Shown here: positions 1 through 14,182 of the stretch, in pieces
How the letters are laid out: each line of letters starts with the position of its first letter
Numbering within the stretch: the first letter of the stretch is position 1
Assembly: GCA_951406725.2 (NCBI GenBank)
Contig: OX597822.1
Location: forward strand, 29,946,001-30,010,000
Source: Octopus vulgaris
Taxonomy: Eukaryota
Direction: 5' to 3'
Length of the DNA stretch: 64,000 nt
Notes under the pieces: generated by a model
What the model saw: the letters and a program-made list of their open reading frames with translations, nothing else
Database searches by the model: none
What the model was told of the DNA's origin: nothing
Position numbers and translations under genes: made by a program

Positions 1-159
1 GAGGGGAGGTGTAAACAGTAAGAAGAGCAGCGGCTGCAGTATCAAAGACAATAACAACTATAACAATAATAACAAAAATAACAACAAACTCAATTTAAAA
101 TGAGGGTAATGAAAAATAAAGAAGAAAAAGAAAGAAAATTAGGCCCCCCCCCCACAGAA

Positions 160-200
<41 letters not shown>

Positions 201-201
<1 letters not shown>

Positions 202-413
202 CCTTTCTACTATAGGCACAAGGCCTGAAATTTTGGGGTTGGGGACTAGTCGATTACATCGACCCAAGTGTTTTACTGGTACTTAATTTATCGACTCCGA
301 AAGGATGAAAGGCAAAGTCGATCTCGGCGGAATTTGAACTCAGAACGTAACGGCAGACGAAATACCGTTAAGCATTTGGCCCGGCGTGCTAACGTTTCTG
401 CCAGCTCGCCGCC
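201..413 (-). mobile_element. tRNA-derived SINE family B (GGCGGCGAGCTGGCAGAA head, Nin/Deu-like central domain, (ATT)n tail)
   Basis: Reverse complement reads GGCGGCGAGCTGGCAGAAACGTTAGCACGCCGG...GTTCTGAGTTCAAATTCCGCCGAG...CCTTTCATCCTTTCGG...GTGCCTATAGTAGAAAGG then (ATT)n. Many near-identical copies in the window. Confidence 0.85.
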
Positions 414-414
414 C

Positions 415-469
<55 letters not shown>

Positions 470-471
470 TG

Positions 472-526
<55 letters not shown>

Positions 527-530
527 TAAT
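414..530. repeat. (AAT)n microsatellite
   Basis: Direct reading. Confidence 0.95.
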
Positions 531-870
531 CCTTTCTACTATAAGCACAGGGCCTGAAATTTTGAGGGAGTGGATAAGTCGATTACATCGACCCCAGTGC
601 ATAACTGGTACTTTATCGATTCTGAAAGGATGAAAGGGAAAGTTGACCACGGCGGAATTTGAACTCTGAATGTGAAGAACTAGAACAAATACAGCTAATT
701 ATTTTGTCCGACGTGCCAACGTTTGTGCTAGCTCATAGTCTTTATAATGGGTTCAGATTTTGGCACAATGCCAGCAACTTTGGGTGGAAGGGGCAAGTCG
801 ATTACACCGACCCTAAAGAAATGAAAGGTAAAGTCGACTTCGGTGGAATTTGAACTCATGACGTGAAGAA
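529..870 (-). mobile_element. two degenerate SINE family B copies
   Basis: GAAAGGATGAAAGG...GGCGGAATTTGAACTC motif occurs twice. Confidence 0.75.
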
Positions 871-1660
871 CTTTAAGAAATGTCACTACTGCCAAGCAGT
901 TTGTCTGCGACGCTACTGATCCAACTAATTATAATTAATTATAATTATACATATATGAAGAAAAAAAACAAGTTACTTACTGTGCTTAGCGCGAACTTTA
1001 ATTCACCAAGACACGTAATTGCGACTAATATAGTAATTAGTCTTTGTGTAGAAATTTTAAATTCCATATTGTTTTTATTTATGTAGAAATTGTTTAAATT
1101 AATATCCGTTTGATTTGTTATATTCCTCTGTTGTTATGTAATTATACAGATTTCTTTTTCAAGTAGTAGTCTCTTCTGCTTCTGTCATTGATTGTTTTTT
1201 AAATAATCTTCGTTAGCAACTTAAAACCATCATTTCTACAATATATATATACATATACACACATACATATATCTTGAGGTGTATTCCTTAAGTTTCACGG
1301 CGGAGTTATATTAGTTTCTTTTTTGTTTTGTTTCGTTCCTGCTTTTCTTCTTTGGTTTAAAAAAAGAAAAAATATCCTTAAAATGGCAACGAAGTAAGAT
1401 CCAGGTTAAATTTGAGATCCAAAATAAAGAAAAATAACCCAAACAATTATAAAAATAAATGAAAAAATATTACGAATAAATAGAAAATATTAACTACAAA
1501 ATAATAATATCCACTGTTTTAGCTGAAATTCGGGCAAAATCTGTAGTTGTACCTCCACCCAATAAAAAAACTCAACAACAAAACCCCGCTCTGTTGTTGA
1601 TATAGTTATTATTATAAAAAGCGAGGTGTGTTTTTGTTAACTATATAGATATATATATTC

Positions 1661-1739
1661 ATGAACCTAAATGTTTGTAGTAGCGTCAATAGTGACTTTC
1701 GTTGTGTATGGAGGCGTGGCCTACTGTCTGCTCTCATTG
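1661..1739 (+). CDS. possible short first coding exon of an unknown host gene (MNLNVCSSVNSDFRCVWRRGLLSALI)
   Basis: Non-repetitive, more GC-rich island after a unique AT-rich leader. ATG, 26 codons, then G|GTAATA donor-like site (phase 1). No homology recognised. Confidence 0.25.
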
Positions 1740-2276
1740 GTAATATTCGATATGCTTGCATGCACACATCCACACATCCACACAAGCGTTCTCACGCGAT
1801 CACACAACACACATACACACATGTCAACACGCACATACATGCACACGCAAACTATACATTAAAAAAGGATTTCAGAATTTTCTCGTTCATATGCGTCATT
1901 AACTTGCGTGCATAATCATATACAAAATTCACAATTTCACACGTTCATACACGCTCGCCGATACGAATTACAGAAAACAAAAATTAAATTTAAAAAAGTA
2001 AAGCATAACAAAAAACGAAAGCATAGAAACTTTTGGGTAATAAAGTTATTAGAAATAGCAGTCAAATATTCCTGGTCGTAACTACTCACAGAAAGAAAAA
2101 GTAAAGAAAGAAAAAAAGTAGAAAGAGGGGTGCTTTATATGTTACGCAAGAAAAAGAAGGGGAGAGAGAGAAGAGAAAGGAACTTTCATAAAAGACCGTT
2201 CTGCCAGGGTCTTACGCACATAGCTTTACACTGTAGATTTCACAGACATCACTGCACGATATTACATAGAACACAA

Positions 2277-2959
<683 letters not shown>

Positions 2960-3019
2960 CATATATATATATGTGTGTGTTTGTGTGTGTGTGTGCGTGT
3001 GTGTGTGTATTCCTTTATT

Positions 3020-3245
3020 CTTTTCTTTTACTTGTTTCAGTCCTGTGATTGCGGTCATGCTGGAGCACGGCTTTGAAGTGATTTTTAGTCGAAGAAACCA
3101 ATCCCATGACTTATTCTTTGTAAGCCTATTACTTATTCTATCGTTCTTTTTCACCGAACTGCTTTGTTACGCGAAGATAAACACGCCAAAACCGGTTGTC
3201 AAGTGACGGATGGGGGCAACATAGACACAAAGACACACACAGACA
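3020..3245 (-). mobile_element. SINE family A 3' part
   Basis: TTTTACTTGTTTCAGTC...GCGGTCATGCTGGAGCAC...TTATTCTATCG matches the reverse complement of the full copy at 16253. Confidence 0.8.
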
Positions 3246-3247
3246 CA

Positions 3248-4108
<861 letters not shown>

Positions 4109-4134
4109 ACATGAATATATATCTACATGGGTGT

Positions 4135-4590
4135 GCATGTGTTTTGTGTCTGTGTTTGTCTCTCACCACCATCACGTGGCAACCGGTGTCGCTATGTTTT
4201 CATCCTCGTAACGTAGTGGTTCGATGAAAATACTTGAAATACTAGGGTCGATTCGTTCGTCTAAAATCCTGCAAGACCCTGCTCCAACATGGCTGCAGTC
4301 TAATGACTGAAAGAAGCAAAAGATAAAATTATAAATAAATAAATAAATATATATATATATGGGTAGAAAGATATATATTATTTTATTCATTTACTTGTTT
4401 CAGTCATTTGACTGCGGCCATGCTGGAACACTACCTTTAGTCGAACAAATTAACCCCTGACTTATTCTTTGTAAGCCTATTACTTATTCTATCGTTCTCT
4501 TGTGCCGAACCGATAGATTACGGGGACGTAAACACACCAGCACCGGTTGTCAAGCGTTGGTGGGGTTGACAAACACAGACACACAGACAT
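4135..4590. mobile_element. two partial SINE family A copies (+ 4135-4325, - 4388-4590)
   Basis: Shared CCAxCATGGCxGCAGTCxAATGACTGAAA motif in opposite orientations. Confidence 0.75.
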
Positions 4591-4669
4591 ATATATAAAG
4601 AGAGTGAGAGAGAATGAGTGAGAGAGAATGAGTGAGAGAGAGAGAGAGTGAGTGACAGAAAGAGAAAGA

Positions 4670-4915
4670 GGGATGCTGGTGAATATATTATCGTCTAAAT
4701 TACGCAAAAATGAAAATAACACTGACATTTCATTTTAACAGATATATTAACCAAAATTACATTAAAATATCTTGAAATGCTAAAGAGTACATTTATTCAA
4801 TATGTTCGTCATTGGCTTCAATCACGGCCTCCAGACGACTTCGGGATTTCCTGCAACTCTACTGGTCGGCCTCTTTGTTTAAGTTAAGGAATACTGGCAT
4901 AATCTTTGCTCTTGG
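4670..4915 (-). mobile_element. 3' end of a Tc1/mariner (DD37D/maT-like) DNA transposon
   Basis: Minus strand encodes ..RLEAVIEANDEHIE*, followed by a terminal sequence shared with 51035-51215. Confidence 0.55.
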
Positions 4916-5294
4916 TGTTAGAATAATCCAATACTCTATTGGAGTATTGAAATACTACAATACTCAACTGAAGTATTTCAATTGATCAAAATGTAAACTC
5001 TATAATGTCCATTTTACCCTGAAGATCTTACTCAAAATGCAAACATATTATCATATATGTTTTGTAATTTAAATTGGATGCGAAGTGAAACAATTGTAGG
5101 CAATGTAAAATAGTTGATAAATTAATTTATACCCCTTTAATCTCTTCATTTTCAAAATTATTAACAATATTTGATGTTTAATAATATATTTATCGAAGAA
5201 ATATTTCTTCAACATATATATTAAACCAGGGTATCTTGGATAAAACTATCCAAATAAGAGCTTAAGTATCCTCGCGTGTGTATCGTTGACAATT

Positions 5295-5651
<357 letters not shown>

Positions 5652-5749
5652 TTTATTATATAGAAGGAGCTTCTACAGGACTAGTACTGTTTCATGCTAT
5701 GTATTGAGTACCTTACTTACTGTGGTTAACCCCGAATCAACCCGGGACC

Positions 5750-5803
<54 letters not shown>

Positions 5804-5884
5804 CATATATATATATATAATGACATACATATATATGTCATTACGCCAATACAGAAACGAAGTATATATATGTAAAACTTTAGA

Positions 5885-6225
5885 GAAAGAAACCTAGCCG
5901 TTTCTTGCAATATATTTCCAATACATAAATCTAAAGCAATATTTTTTCAGGGACATTTAAAATACAATTTTGGATACCCAATTTACCATCTTGTTGCATG
6001 GACCCTGCGCCCAATCTTATATGGACCCTCAAGTGCCATATGAACTCCATTTGAAAAACTACTGGATTAGAGGACACCTAGCTGTTTCTTGGAATACATA
6101 CCGGTATATACATTTGAAGCAAAAATTTTCACGGGCCTTTAAAATACTATTCTGGATCCCCACTTTGCTCTTTTGGTGCGTCAACCTCAAAAATCTTATA
6201 TGGACCGTCAGGGACTACATGAACT
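5885..6225. mobile_element. remnants of a hAT-like MITE related to 58332-58675, locally duplicated
   Basis: TATATGGACC...TTGAAAAACTACTG terminus at about 6063 matches the TIR of the 58332 element. CCTAGCxGTTTCTTGxAATA occurs twice. Confidence 0.5.
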
Positions 6226-6321
6226 TGTTTAGACGCTGGAAATTTCAAAGCATCTGTCCGAACTTACCCTCTTTCCTTTTCATTTTCGCATCCGTGGGAC
6301 AAGTGTTCTTTGTATGTATGT

Positions 6322-6425
6322 AATTATTTGGTTTTATTTCGAAATTTATTGCCAACAGCGAAAGATCAGGTTTCTAACCTAAGATACAAGGCTCCTTAAT
6401 TGGAATTTCAACATCAACAATGGGG
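6322..6425 (-). mobile_element. 3' UTR fragment of the (TACA)n-associated R4-like LINE
   Basis: Reverse complement of 34435-34530 (GGAGCCTTGxATCTTxGGTTAGAAACC), flanked by (TATG)n. Confidence 0.7.
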
Positions 6426-6475
6426 CATTTTTGTTTGTTCGTTTGTTTATGTATGTATGTATGTATGTATGTATG

Positions 6476-6509
<34 letters not shown>

Positions 6510-6519
6510 TGTATGTATG

Positions 6520-6553
<34 letters not shown>

Positions 6554-6986
6554 TGTATGTATGAATAAATGTATTTATGAATGTAAGTATGTATGTATGC
6601 ATGCACGTATGTATATGTGCCTAATTTGTATGCTTTTTACGTATGATTTCCCATGCATATAGTTGCTTATCTAGACATTCTCATATATATTTAAATATGT
6701 ATGTTCATATATGCATGCTTACAGTTAAGTACATAGGTACCTAATCAATATGTACGCATATGTATTCCAAACACACACACACTCACACGCAGATGTATGA
6801 AGATAAGACCATATATGTATATGCTCTCTCTCTCTCTCTCCCACACGCACATATTGATGAATACACAGACATGTACATACACACAATGAATTATATTTAT
6901 GTTATGCATGTATATAGCTTGTGCATGAATATACGTTTGTATATATACAGGCATACACATATTTACACGTACGTATATACACATAA

Positions 6987-7045
<59 letters not shown>

Positions 7046-7051
<6 letters not shown>

Positions 7052-7342
7052 TAAGGTACTCAGAAATCTGGATGGTTTTATATTTACAGATTTTTATTAA
7101 TATGTCGCATGTTTATATAAATCCTATATACAGCGCTTGCATCCACTCTAGTGGATTCTTCAGATTGAATTTTCTCAGGAGATTTGTCTCCTGAAAAAAT
7201 TCAATCTGAAGAATCCGCAAGAGTGGATGCCAGCGCTAATATATGATATATAAAAACATGTGACATATTAATAAAAATCTGTAAATATAAAACCATCTAG
7301 ATTTCTGAGTACCTTATTTCTTCTAATATATAATACCTGTAC
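7046..7342 (+). mobile_element. fold-back PLE-type insert with hammerhead-like motif in (TA)n
   Basis: Inverted arms of about 135 bp centred at about 7184. CTGAAGA-atcc..ggat-G(cc)A-gcgct at 7206-7237. Same family at 22270-22452. Confidence 0.7.
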
Positions 7343-7899
7343 ATCATCTCTTAACCTTCTAATATATATACATGTGCTTATATTTATATGTAAGCGTTCA
7401 CCAAATATATGTACGTATATGTATATGTAAACGCTGACCATGAAATCATGAATGGTATACGACTAAATCTGTTTCTTAGAGGTAACCTTCCCTCGCTTTC
7501 GAAGCAGTGTATATTTATTGAAGCAGTTTGACTTTATCGTCCCATTACAGCGTGAGGCGTTTGGTTATAGTAATAGCCCTTAATAAAATTAATGTATTTA
7601 TATTTAAAGGAAAAATTATATTACTTGTATAAAATTCTTCCTAAACTGGTTTTTCACGCTGACTACTTGATAAATTCTTATATAAGTCATATATGATAAT
7701 TTTAGCAAGTAGCCAGTGCGGAAATTAAAACTTTATAGGTAAATTCTACAAAATATTTTATGATTATATACATAATTATAACCACGCACCGTAAGAAATA
7801 GACGCTAAAATCCTTTTTACCACCTTATAATCTCCGAGACTAACACACTATATTGTAGGCAAGCAAAAGAAAAATAATGGATCAAGAAGGCTGGTTAAC

Positions 7900-7961
7900 T
7901 ATGTACGCGTTTCAAACTTAAAGTAAAAGATAATTTTACTTACTGTTTATCATCAGCACAG
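7900..7961 (-). ncRNA. minimal type I hammerhead ribozyme (PLE-type)
   Basis: Minus strand: tgtg-CTGATGA-t-aaac...gttt-GAAA-cgcg-TA-cata, with intact core, palindromic stem III and stem I. Confidence 0.7.
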
Positions 7962-8255
7962 TATTCCATATAAATTCACGAGTCTCTCAAAATATGCATA
8001 CGGCCAGGGTTATCATATGACCAGTATCAATCCACACTCGCAAAAATATACTGCCGTGTAGTGTGTTAATATCTATACCGTAGTAAATGCAGTTTCGATC
8101 ATGGAGTGAATTCATTCAAATGTTAATTATAATAATAAAGGGTACAATCAATAGTAATTTTACCAGATTTTAAGGTGGTAGAAAGGACTTTAGTATGTAT
8201 TTCTTGTGGTGCGTGGTGAGGCATAACATAAAATGGATCCCTTGCTATAATTATG

Positions 8256-8286
<31 letters not shown>

Positions 8287-8289
<3 letters not shown>

Positions 8290-8783
8290 ACAAAAGGGAC
8301 ATTAGCCATTTGAATGTGGCTAGGGACAGGGCAGGGCGGTGGGGGTGTTACTGTTGCATTTAGCCCCAGGCGAACATCAACGTCACCAGAAAGGCTTGAC
8401 ACCATCACGGCGTCCTCTATCCTGCAAAGGGAGATCATCCACCGAAGAAGCGGAAGCCACATACGGACCCAGGTTTCGAGGTGTTTGCCTCTCGTCAACG
8501 TATGGTAGGCACCGCCCTTCGACGAACGACTCTCTGTGCAGGATATTTATATATAGATTTTCACGTAAATACATTTACTGATTTCGAAAATCTGTTCGAC
8601 AGCAATAATAATTCTCTAAACGAGATATAGACAGTAACTGCTCCATAACAAAAGGGACATTAGCCATTTGAATGTGGCTAGGGACAGGGCAGGGCGGTGG
8701 GGGTGTTACTGTTGCATTTAGCTCCAGGCGAACATTAACGTCACCAGAAAGGCTTGACACCATCACGGCGTCCTCTATCCTGA
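8287..8783 (-). repeat. ~138 bp direct repeat (8287-8424 and 8646-8783), probably the 3' end of a non-LTR retrotransposon
   Basis: Near-identical ATAACAAAAGGGACATTAGCC...CGTCCTCTATCCTG blocks. The first abuts (TA)n. Confidence 0.75.
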
Positions 8784-9429
8784 GGGTACCTACGAGATAC
8801 CACTATGCTTGAAATAGCAGTCAAATTCTGATTCTATTTGACTGCTATTTGAAGCGTAGTGATATCTCTTAGATATTCTCATTCATGATTATGATAGTTA
8901 TTATAACCTATGTGGTTTTATTCTTCCCATGATGCCACTTGATTTGATCGCTACTTAGAATAACAATCGTATGCTTATCGAAATAAGGAATTACTATGAA
9001 AAAGTAGGAGATAGGGAATATAGAGGAAAATAAGAGAATGAAAGTAGAAATAAAATACATAAAGAAATTGTAGAATAATATATATATATATATATATGTG
9101 TGTAAAATATAAATTAGAGATAAAACCACCATTATGCAACTCAAACAGTGATAGACATAAACCAATACATAAATAACAATAAAATATATAATAATTAATT
9201 TTTTTTCAAAATGCATAAAATGAATGATAAATATAATATAATATGTAAAAACACTACGTACGTTTCATGGCTACAATTAAATTCGAATTACAATTAAGTT
9301 TAAATTCAATTGAAATAAATTCGAATTAAAATTATAGTCAATCTTCAGGTGTATATATATATATATATAGTTAATCGAAACAAGAAAACACATATATATG
9401 TATGTGAGTATATATATATATATATATGC

Positions 9430-9513
<84 letters not shown>

Positions 9514-9629
9514 TCACACACAAACACACACACACACACATATATATTTTTTTCTGTAGTTTCAGCTCAGAGCTGCGGCCATGCTGATGCATCGCCGTTT
9601 TGCTACACTGTTATTACTGAGAGCCTCCT

Positions 9630-10145
9630 CTAATATCTGGCACTTGGCGAAGAATGGAGTTTGATGTAGCTACCCTCATTTGCACCTCTTGGCGTGAGGT
9701 AGGTTCATGTGGGACTCTCGACAGGAAGAGGTCCAGCTTTGATTTAAAAACACCTACATCTACTCCGTGCAAAAAAGGTGTGGGCCCTTGGAACCCTGGG
9801 TGTTACAGTAACTGGTCTTGAAATGCGATGGCATTGCTGGGATCTTTGGCACTGTGCAGTGTCTTTCCGTTCTGGCATTGGTGTAGCTTTCAATGCCAAA
9901 ATTTGGCACAATTCCTTCCAGGATCTTCCAGATGTATATTACTGAATACCTCTCCCGTCTTCTTTCCAGGGAGTACAGTCTTAGCTGTTTCAGCCTTTCC
10001 CAGTAGCTGAGCTATTGCAAAGAGACGATCTTCTTTATGAATCTTCTCTACATTGCTTCAAGGTTCGCACTTAATTTCACACTGTTCGGCGACCATAGCT
10101 GGGAGCAGTAATCCAGGCGGCTGAGGACGAATGTCCTCCAGAGAA
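9630..10145 (-). pseudogene. CR1/L2-like LINE RT C-terminus and 3' end
   Basis: Minus-strand peptides RTFVLSRLDYCSQLWSP and LSYWERLKQLRLYSLERRRERYSVIYIWKILEG. Confidence 0.8.
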
Positions 10146-10193
10146 GTATCATACATACATACATACGTACACACACACAAACACACACACACA

Positions 10194-10239
<46 letters not shown>

Positions 10240-10240
<1 letters not shown>

Positions 10241-10412
10241 GGATATACGACAGGCATCTTTCAGTTTCCCTCTACGAAATCTCCACTTACAAGACTTTGG
10301 TTGGCCCGAGGTTATAGTAAAATACACTCGCCCATGGTGCCACGCAGTGGGACTGAACCCGGAAACATGTGGTTGTGAAGCAAACTTCTTACCACACTCT
10401 CATACCTGCGCC
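10240..10412 (-). mobile_element. SINE family A head
   Basis: GTGCCACGCAGTGGGACTGAACCCGG motif. Confidence 0.8.
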
Positions 10413-11459
10413 TGTATATTTTTATACATATATATATGTATATATGTATATATGTGTGTGTGTATGTGTGTGTGTAGGTTGTGTGTGTGTGTTAGTTTGT
10501 CTTTGTATATACGATAATTATAGTTTTGATTGCAGTGTGGTCATTCAGGGTCACTACCTGCAAAAGTTTTAATTGATCATATCGATTTCAAGGCTTATTT
10601 AAAATCTATATTTTATTGTTTACTCTTTATTGAACGGCTACCTGACAGCATGGGAAGAGACAAAAGCAAAACCCCTTCACGCGCGCGCATACACACACAC
10701 ACACACACATTCACACACACATGAATATGTAATACGTATATGATATATATATATACATATATATACACACCGACACACACGTACGCACACACACACATAT
10801 AGGAGATGACCTCTAGATTTATCATCATTAGAAAAAGAAGTGAAAGTTGAATCTTGAAGATGACCTAATGTCTAGCCGTCCTGCAAATGCCACCACAGAG
10901 GCAATCATTGATCGTGTTGAGCACATGGTGATGGATGACAGGCGATTGCTTATAAATAAAAAAAAGCCAATGTTATAAGTATATCCCGTGACAGAGCTGA
11001 GAATATTCTGCACAATGAGCTCGGCATGACGAAGATTTTTGATCGGTGGGTGCTACGTCTTCTCTCCCGCATGAACACAATGATGAATACACAGACATTT
11101 ACATACACTCAATGACCTATATTTATGTTATTGTTATATCGCACGTTCTGAAGGCGTGCCTTCGCCAATAACGTACCTCTATTCAACTACCGAACTTTCA
11201 CTTCCGACGTCACGACTCAACAGAACTCTACGTCTAGTCTACCGACGGCTCTGGCTCGCTTTACACGACGCTTCTACGACTAGCTATCACGTTCACTATT
11301 TATACGTATTGAACTAGCCTATTTATCGTCTGCGGGCGTGTATATAGCTTGTGCATGAATATACGCTTTTATGTGTACATGCATACATACGTACATTCAC
11401 ACGTACATGCATACATCCACTCACACACACACACGCGCGCACGAATATATATATATATA

Positions 11460-11620
11460 TAGTTGAAAATTACAGAAAAAAACTGAAGACAGGTGTATAA
11501 ACAAAAAACAGGCATATTAGTTTAACGCTCGAGAAGGTGAGAAAGTATTTTGCGTTTCGAGCCTACGCACTTCAACAGAAAGGAACGCGAGGAAATAAAC
11601 AGAGAGAGAATAAAAAAAGC
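11460..11620 (-). mobile_element. PLE pseudo-LTR fragment with variant hammerhead motif
   Basis: Minus strand CTGTTGA-agtgc-gtag-gctc-GAAA-cgc at about 11552-11578. Terminates at (TA)n. Confidence 0.5.
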
Positions 11621-11659
11621 TTTTGGAGCTAGCGGTAAACATCTAAATCAATAGCCTCA

Positions 11660-11930
11660 ACTGATAGGATTAGCTAAATCACTTTTTTAAGTCAAGTTGT
11701 GTGGTATCATGGTCCATTCTAGTAGGGAGCTCTTGCTGAGTGAGTTGTATCCAGGTATAGGTGGCTTATCTGGTAATCCTTGAAGAAATTTGTCCAGACT
11801 CCGTTGAAAGGTGCTTTTCATCTTTGATCTGTTTCCGGACAATGTTAAATAGGGCAGGACCTGTTGAGGTAAAGACATTGTGATGCAGTGTATTTATGTG
11901 TTGTGATCCTGAATTGCTTTATGACAACAA
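11660..11930 (-). pseudogene. CR1-like LINE 3' end
   Basis: FQRSLDKFLQGLPDKPPIPGY-type C-terminal peptide. Confidence 0.6.
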
Positions 11931-12783
11931 TCCGGATACTTATTGATATATCTTCTGACACCTAATAAATTGCACTCCAGGCTGATTACATCATAGGAAA
12001 ATCTGACATCTTTTCAGACAAATCCAGCTGATTTCTTTGGCTGTTTCTTAATCCAGACGTTTTGGCTTCATCATCTCGAACCAGGGACAAAGAGACACTT
12101 CATACAGAGGAAACAACCCTCCTTACCTGCTCTAAAGAAGGTCATGGTCTTTTCATCTGCAGGGAAGGTGATGGCAAGTATTTTGGGATGTAAAATACAT
12201 TGAATTTATTGATCATCTTCAAAAGGGCCACACAATCAATGGAGAATAGTATACCAACTTGTTAAGTAAGCTACGAAAGGCAATCAAGACCTAAAGCCCA
12301 GGAAAACTAACGAAAGGGATCGTGTTTCACCAGGATAATTTTCCAGCGCACAAGTCCTTGGTTTCAATGGCGGCTATGCGTGACTGTGGCTTTGAACGAA
12401 TTGATCACTCTCCCTAGTCTCTTGATTTGGACCCATCTAACAATAATGTGTTCCCTAATATGAAAAAAATAGTTGACTGGGAATTAATATTGCAGTGATG
12501 ATGACGTCATATCTACTGTTAATAACTTTTCTGACCAACCAGACGAAACCTTTTTCACAGATGGGAGCCCAACACTGCAACACCGATAGAAATGTGTGGA
12601 CAGCAAGGAGGACTATGTTGTAAAATAAGCATCATCTGGTCACATTCAATGAGAGTATCCTTGTCAGCCTATGAATTTTTCAGCGCACCCTCGTATGTAT
12701 ATTTGTCTTTGCCTATAAATATGTATACCTGTACATGAATATATTTACGTATCTATATATTCCTCTATGTGTGTGTGTGTGTT

Positions 12784-12856
<73 letters not shown>

Positions 12857-13124
12857 CTTTCTGTTGAAACTTAGGCAGAAGCCATAAAAATGAATAAACG
12901 AACTTTAGTAAATTTGGTATTTAAACTATGTTTCTGTAACTGGATAGAAACCACTAAACCGCCGTACAGGACGCCCTTTCCATCGACTTCCCTTAATACG
13001 AGATTACCACTGAACAGAAACAAAGGGCTTCTTACTATTGTCATATGTAAACTTCTGAGATTTTATTACCTTTGTGTTTTCTTGTCTTTCACAGAGACAG
13101 CGGCCCAATTATTTATTGTAGTAG

Positions 13125-13303
13125 TTATGATGATGTTGATGATGATGATGACAACGACGACGATAATGACGATGATGATGTTGCTAACGGCTGCGAACCT
13201 CTTGTTGTTAGTGGTAGTGATGGTGGAAACGGCGGGTTGTTTTCAGAAGTTGCAGTGACGATGATGATAATGATGTTGGTAGTCGTAGAGGGAGTGGAAA
13301 TAA

Positions 13304-13345
<42 letters not shown>

Positions 13346-13500
13346 GTAGTGTTGGTGTTGGTGATGGTGATATATGATTACGATAATTATAGCGGTGGTG
13401 GTGGTGGTGGCAGTGGAGGTAGTGGTGATAAGGATGTTGTTGTTGTTGTTGATGTTGCTGTTGGTGCTGGTTATACATGAATACGATAATGATGTTAGTG
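13125..13500. repeat. (GAT)/(GGT)/(GTT) trinucleotide low-complexity region
   Basis: Direct reading. Confidence 0.85.
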
Positions 13501-13506
13501 GTAGAA

Positions 13507-13642
13507 GGCGGCGAGCTGGCAGAAACGATAGCACGCCGAACAAAATGCTTACCGTTATTTCGTCTGTCTTTACGTTCTGAATTCAATTTCCGCCGAGGTC
13601 GACTTTGCCTTTCATCTTTTCGGGGTCGATAAATTAAGTACT
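13507..13642 (+). mobile_element. SINE family B 5' part
   Basis: GGCGGCGAGCTGGCAGAAACG head. Confidence 0.8.
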
Positions 13643-13649
13643 TTTCATG

Positions 13650-13945
13650 TTGTTATTATTATTAATATTATTATTATTATTATTAGTGTTCAGGTCATTG
13701 CTTGGAATCGAACTCGGAATCTTGGGGTTAGTAGCCCGCGCTCGTAACCACTACGCCATGTGCCCACGGGCATTTGGCGTAGTGGTTAATAATAATAATA
13801 ACATCAAAAAATACCTTAGGAATGAGAACCAATCTTTTTCCCCAAGACACCCGAAGAAGGCTGGAGGGTATATCAGCCGAAACGTTGTGTTAACAAACAA
13901 GATGAGGACAAATATCCGTCGAATGTGAATAATGTAAATAATGCA
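13650..13945 (+). mobile_element. non-coding module: inverted tRNA-like head + partial head + (AAT)n + hammerhead, matching the 3' end of the PLE at 30590
   Basis: 13686-13765 is the reverse complement of 32838-32912. 13800-13943 aligns with 32972-33136, including gacac-CCGAAGA-aggctg..cagcc-GAAA-cgtt-gtgtt. Confidence 0.8.
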
Positions 13946-14182
13946 CATTTGCTTTTGATTAAATGAATGTTACGCAGGCTGAACAGCCTGAGGGAAGTGT
14001 GGCACATACTGTTGCAAAGTGAAATTAATGGCAAAGAGAAAAGCGCATGAACAATTGGCTGGTAGAGGGGAGCAGAAACCTTTGCATAGCAAATATGCAG
14101 AGAGATGGAGAGAGAGGGAGAGAGAGGAGGAGAGAGAAAGGTGTGTGTATGTGTGGTGGGGAAACGGGACAAAGGTTTTGTA

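Larger units (their letters stand above)
10835..12695 (+). pseudogene. decayed mariner transposase split by later insertions (10835-11065 and 11990-12695)
   Basis: LEDD..SSRP..ATTEAIIDRVEHMV, DRWVLRLL (WVP motif), AGKVMASI, FHQDNFPAHKS, HSP*SLDLDPS. TIR-like end CACCCTCG|TA. Confidence 0.75.

Noticed and set aside
11100-11340. Possible solo LTR splitting the mariner
   Set aside because: CpG-rich with a minus-strand TATA-like motif, but no TG..CA ends or TSD could be defined.
13072-13586. Poly-Asp/His/Ser ORFs resembling a low-complexity protein exon
   Set aside because: Open in several frames on both strands because of trinucleotide repeats. No splice or domain support.
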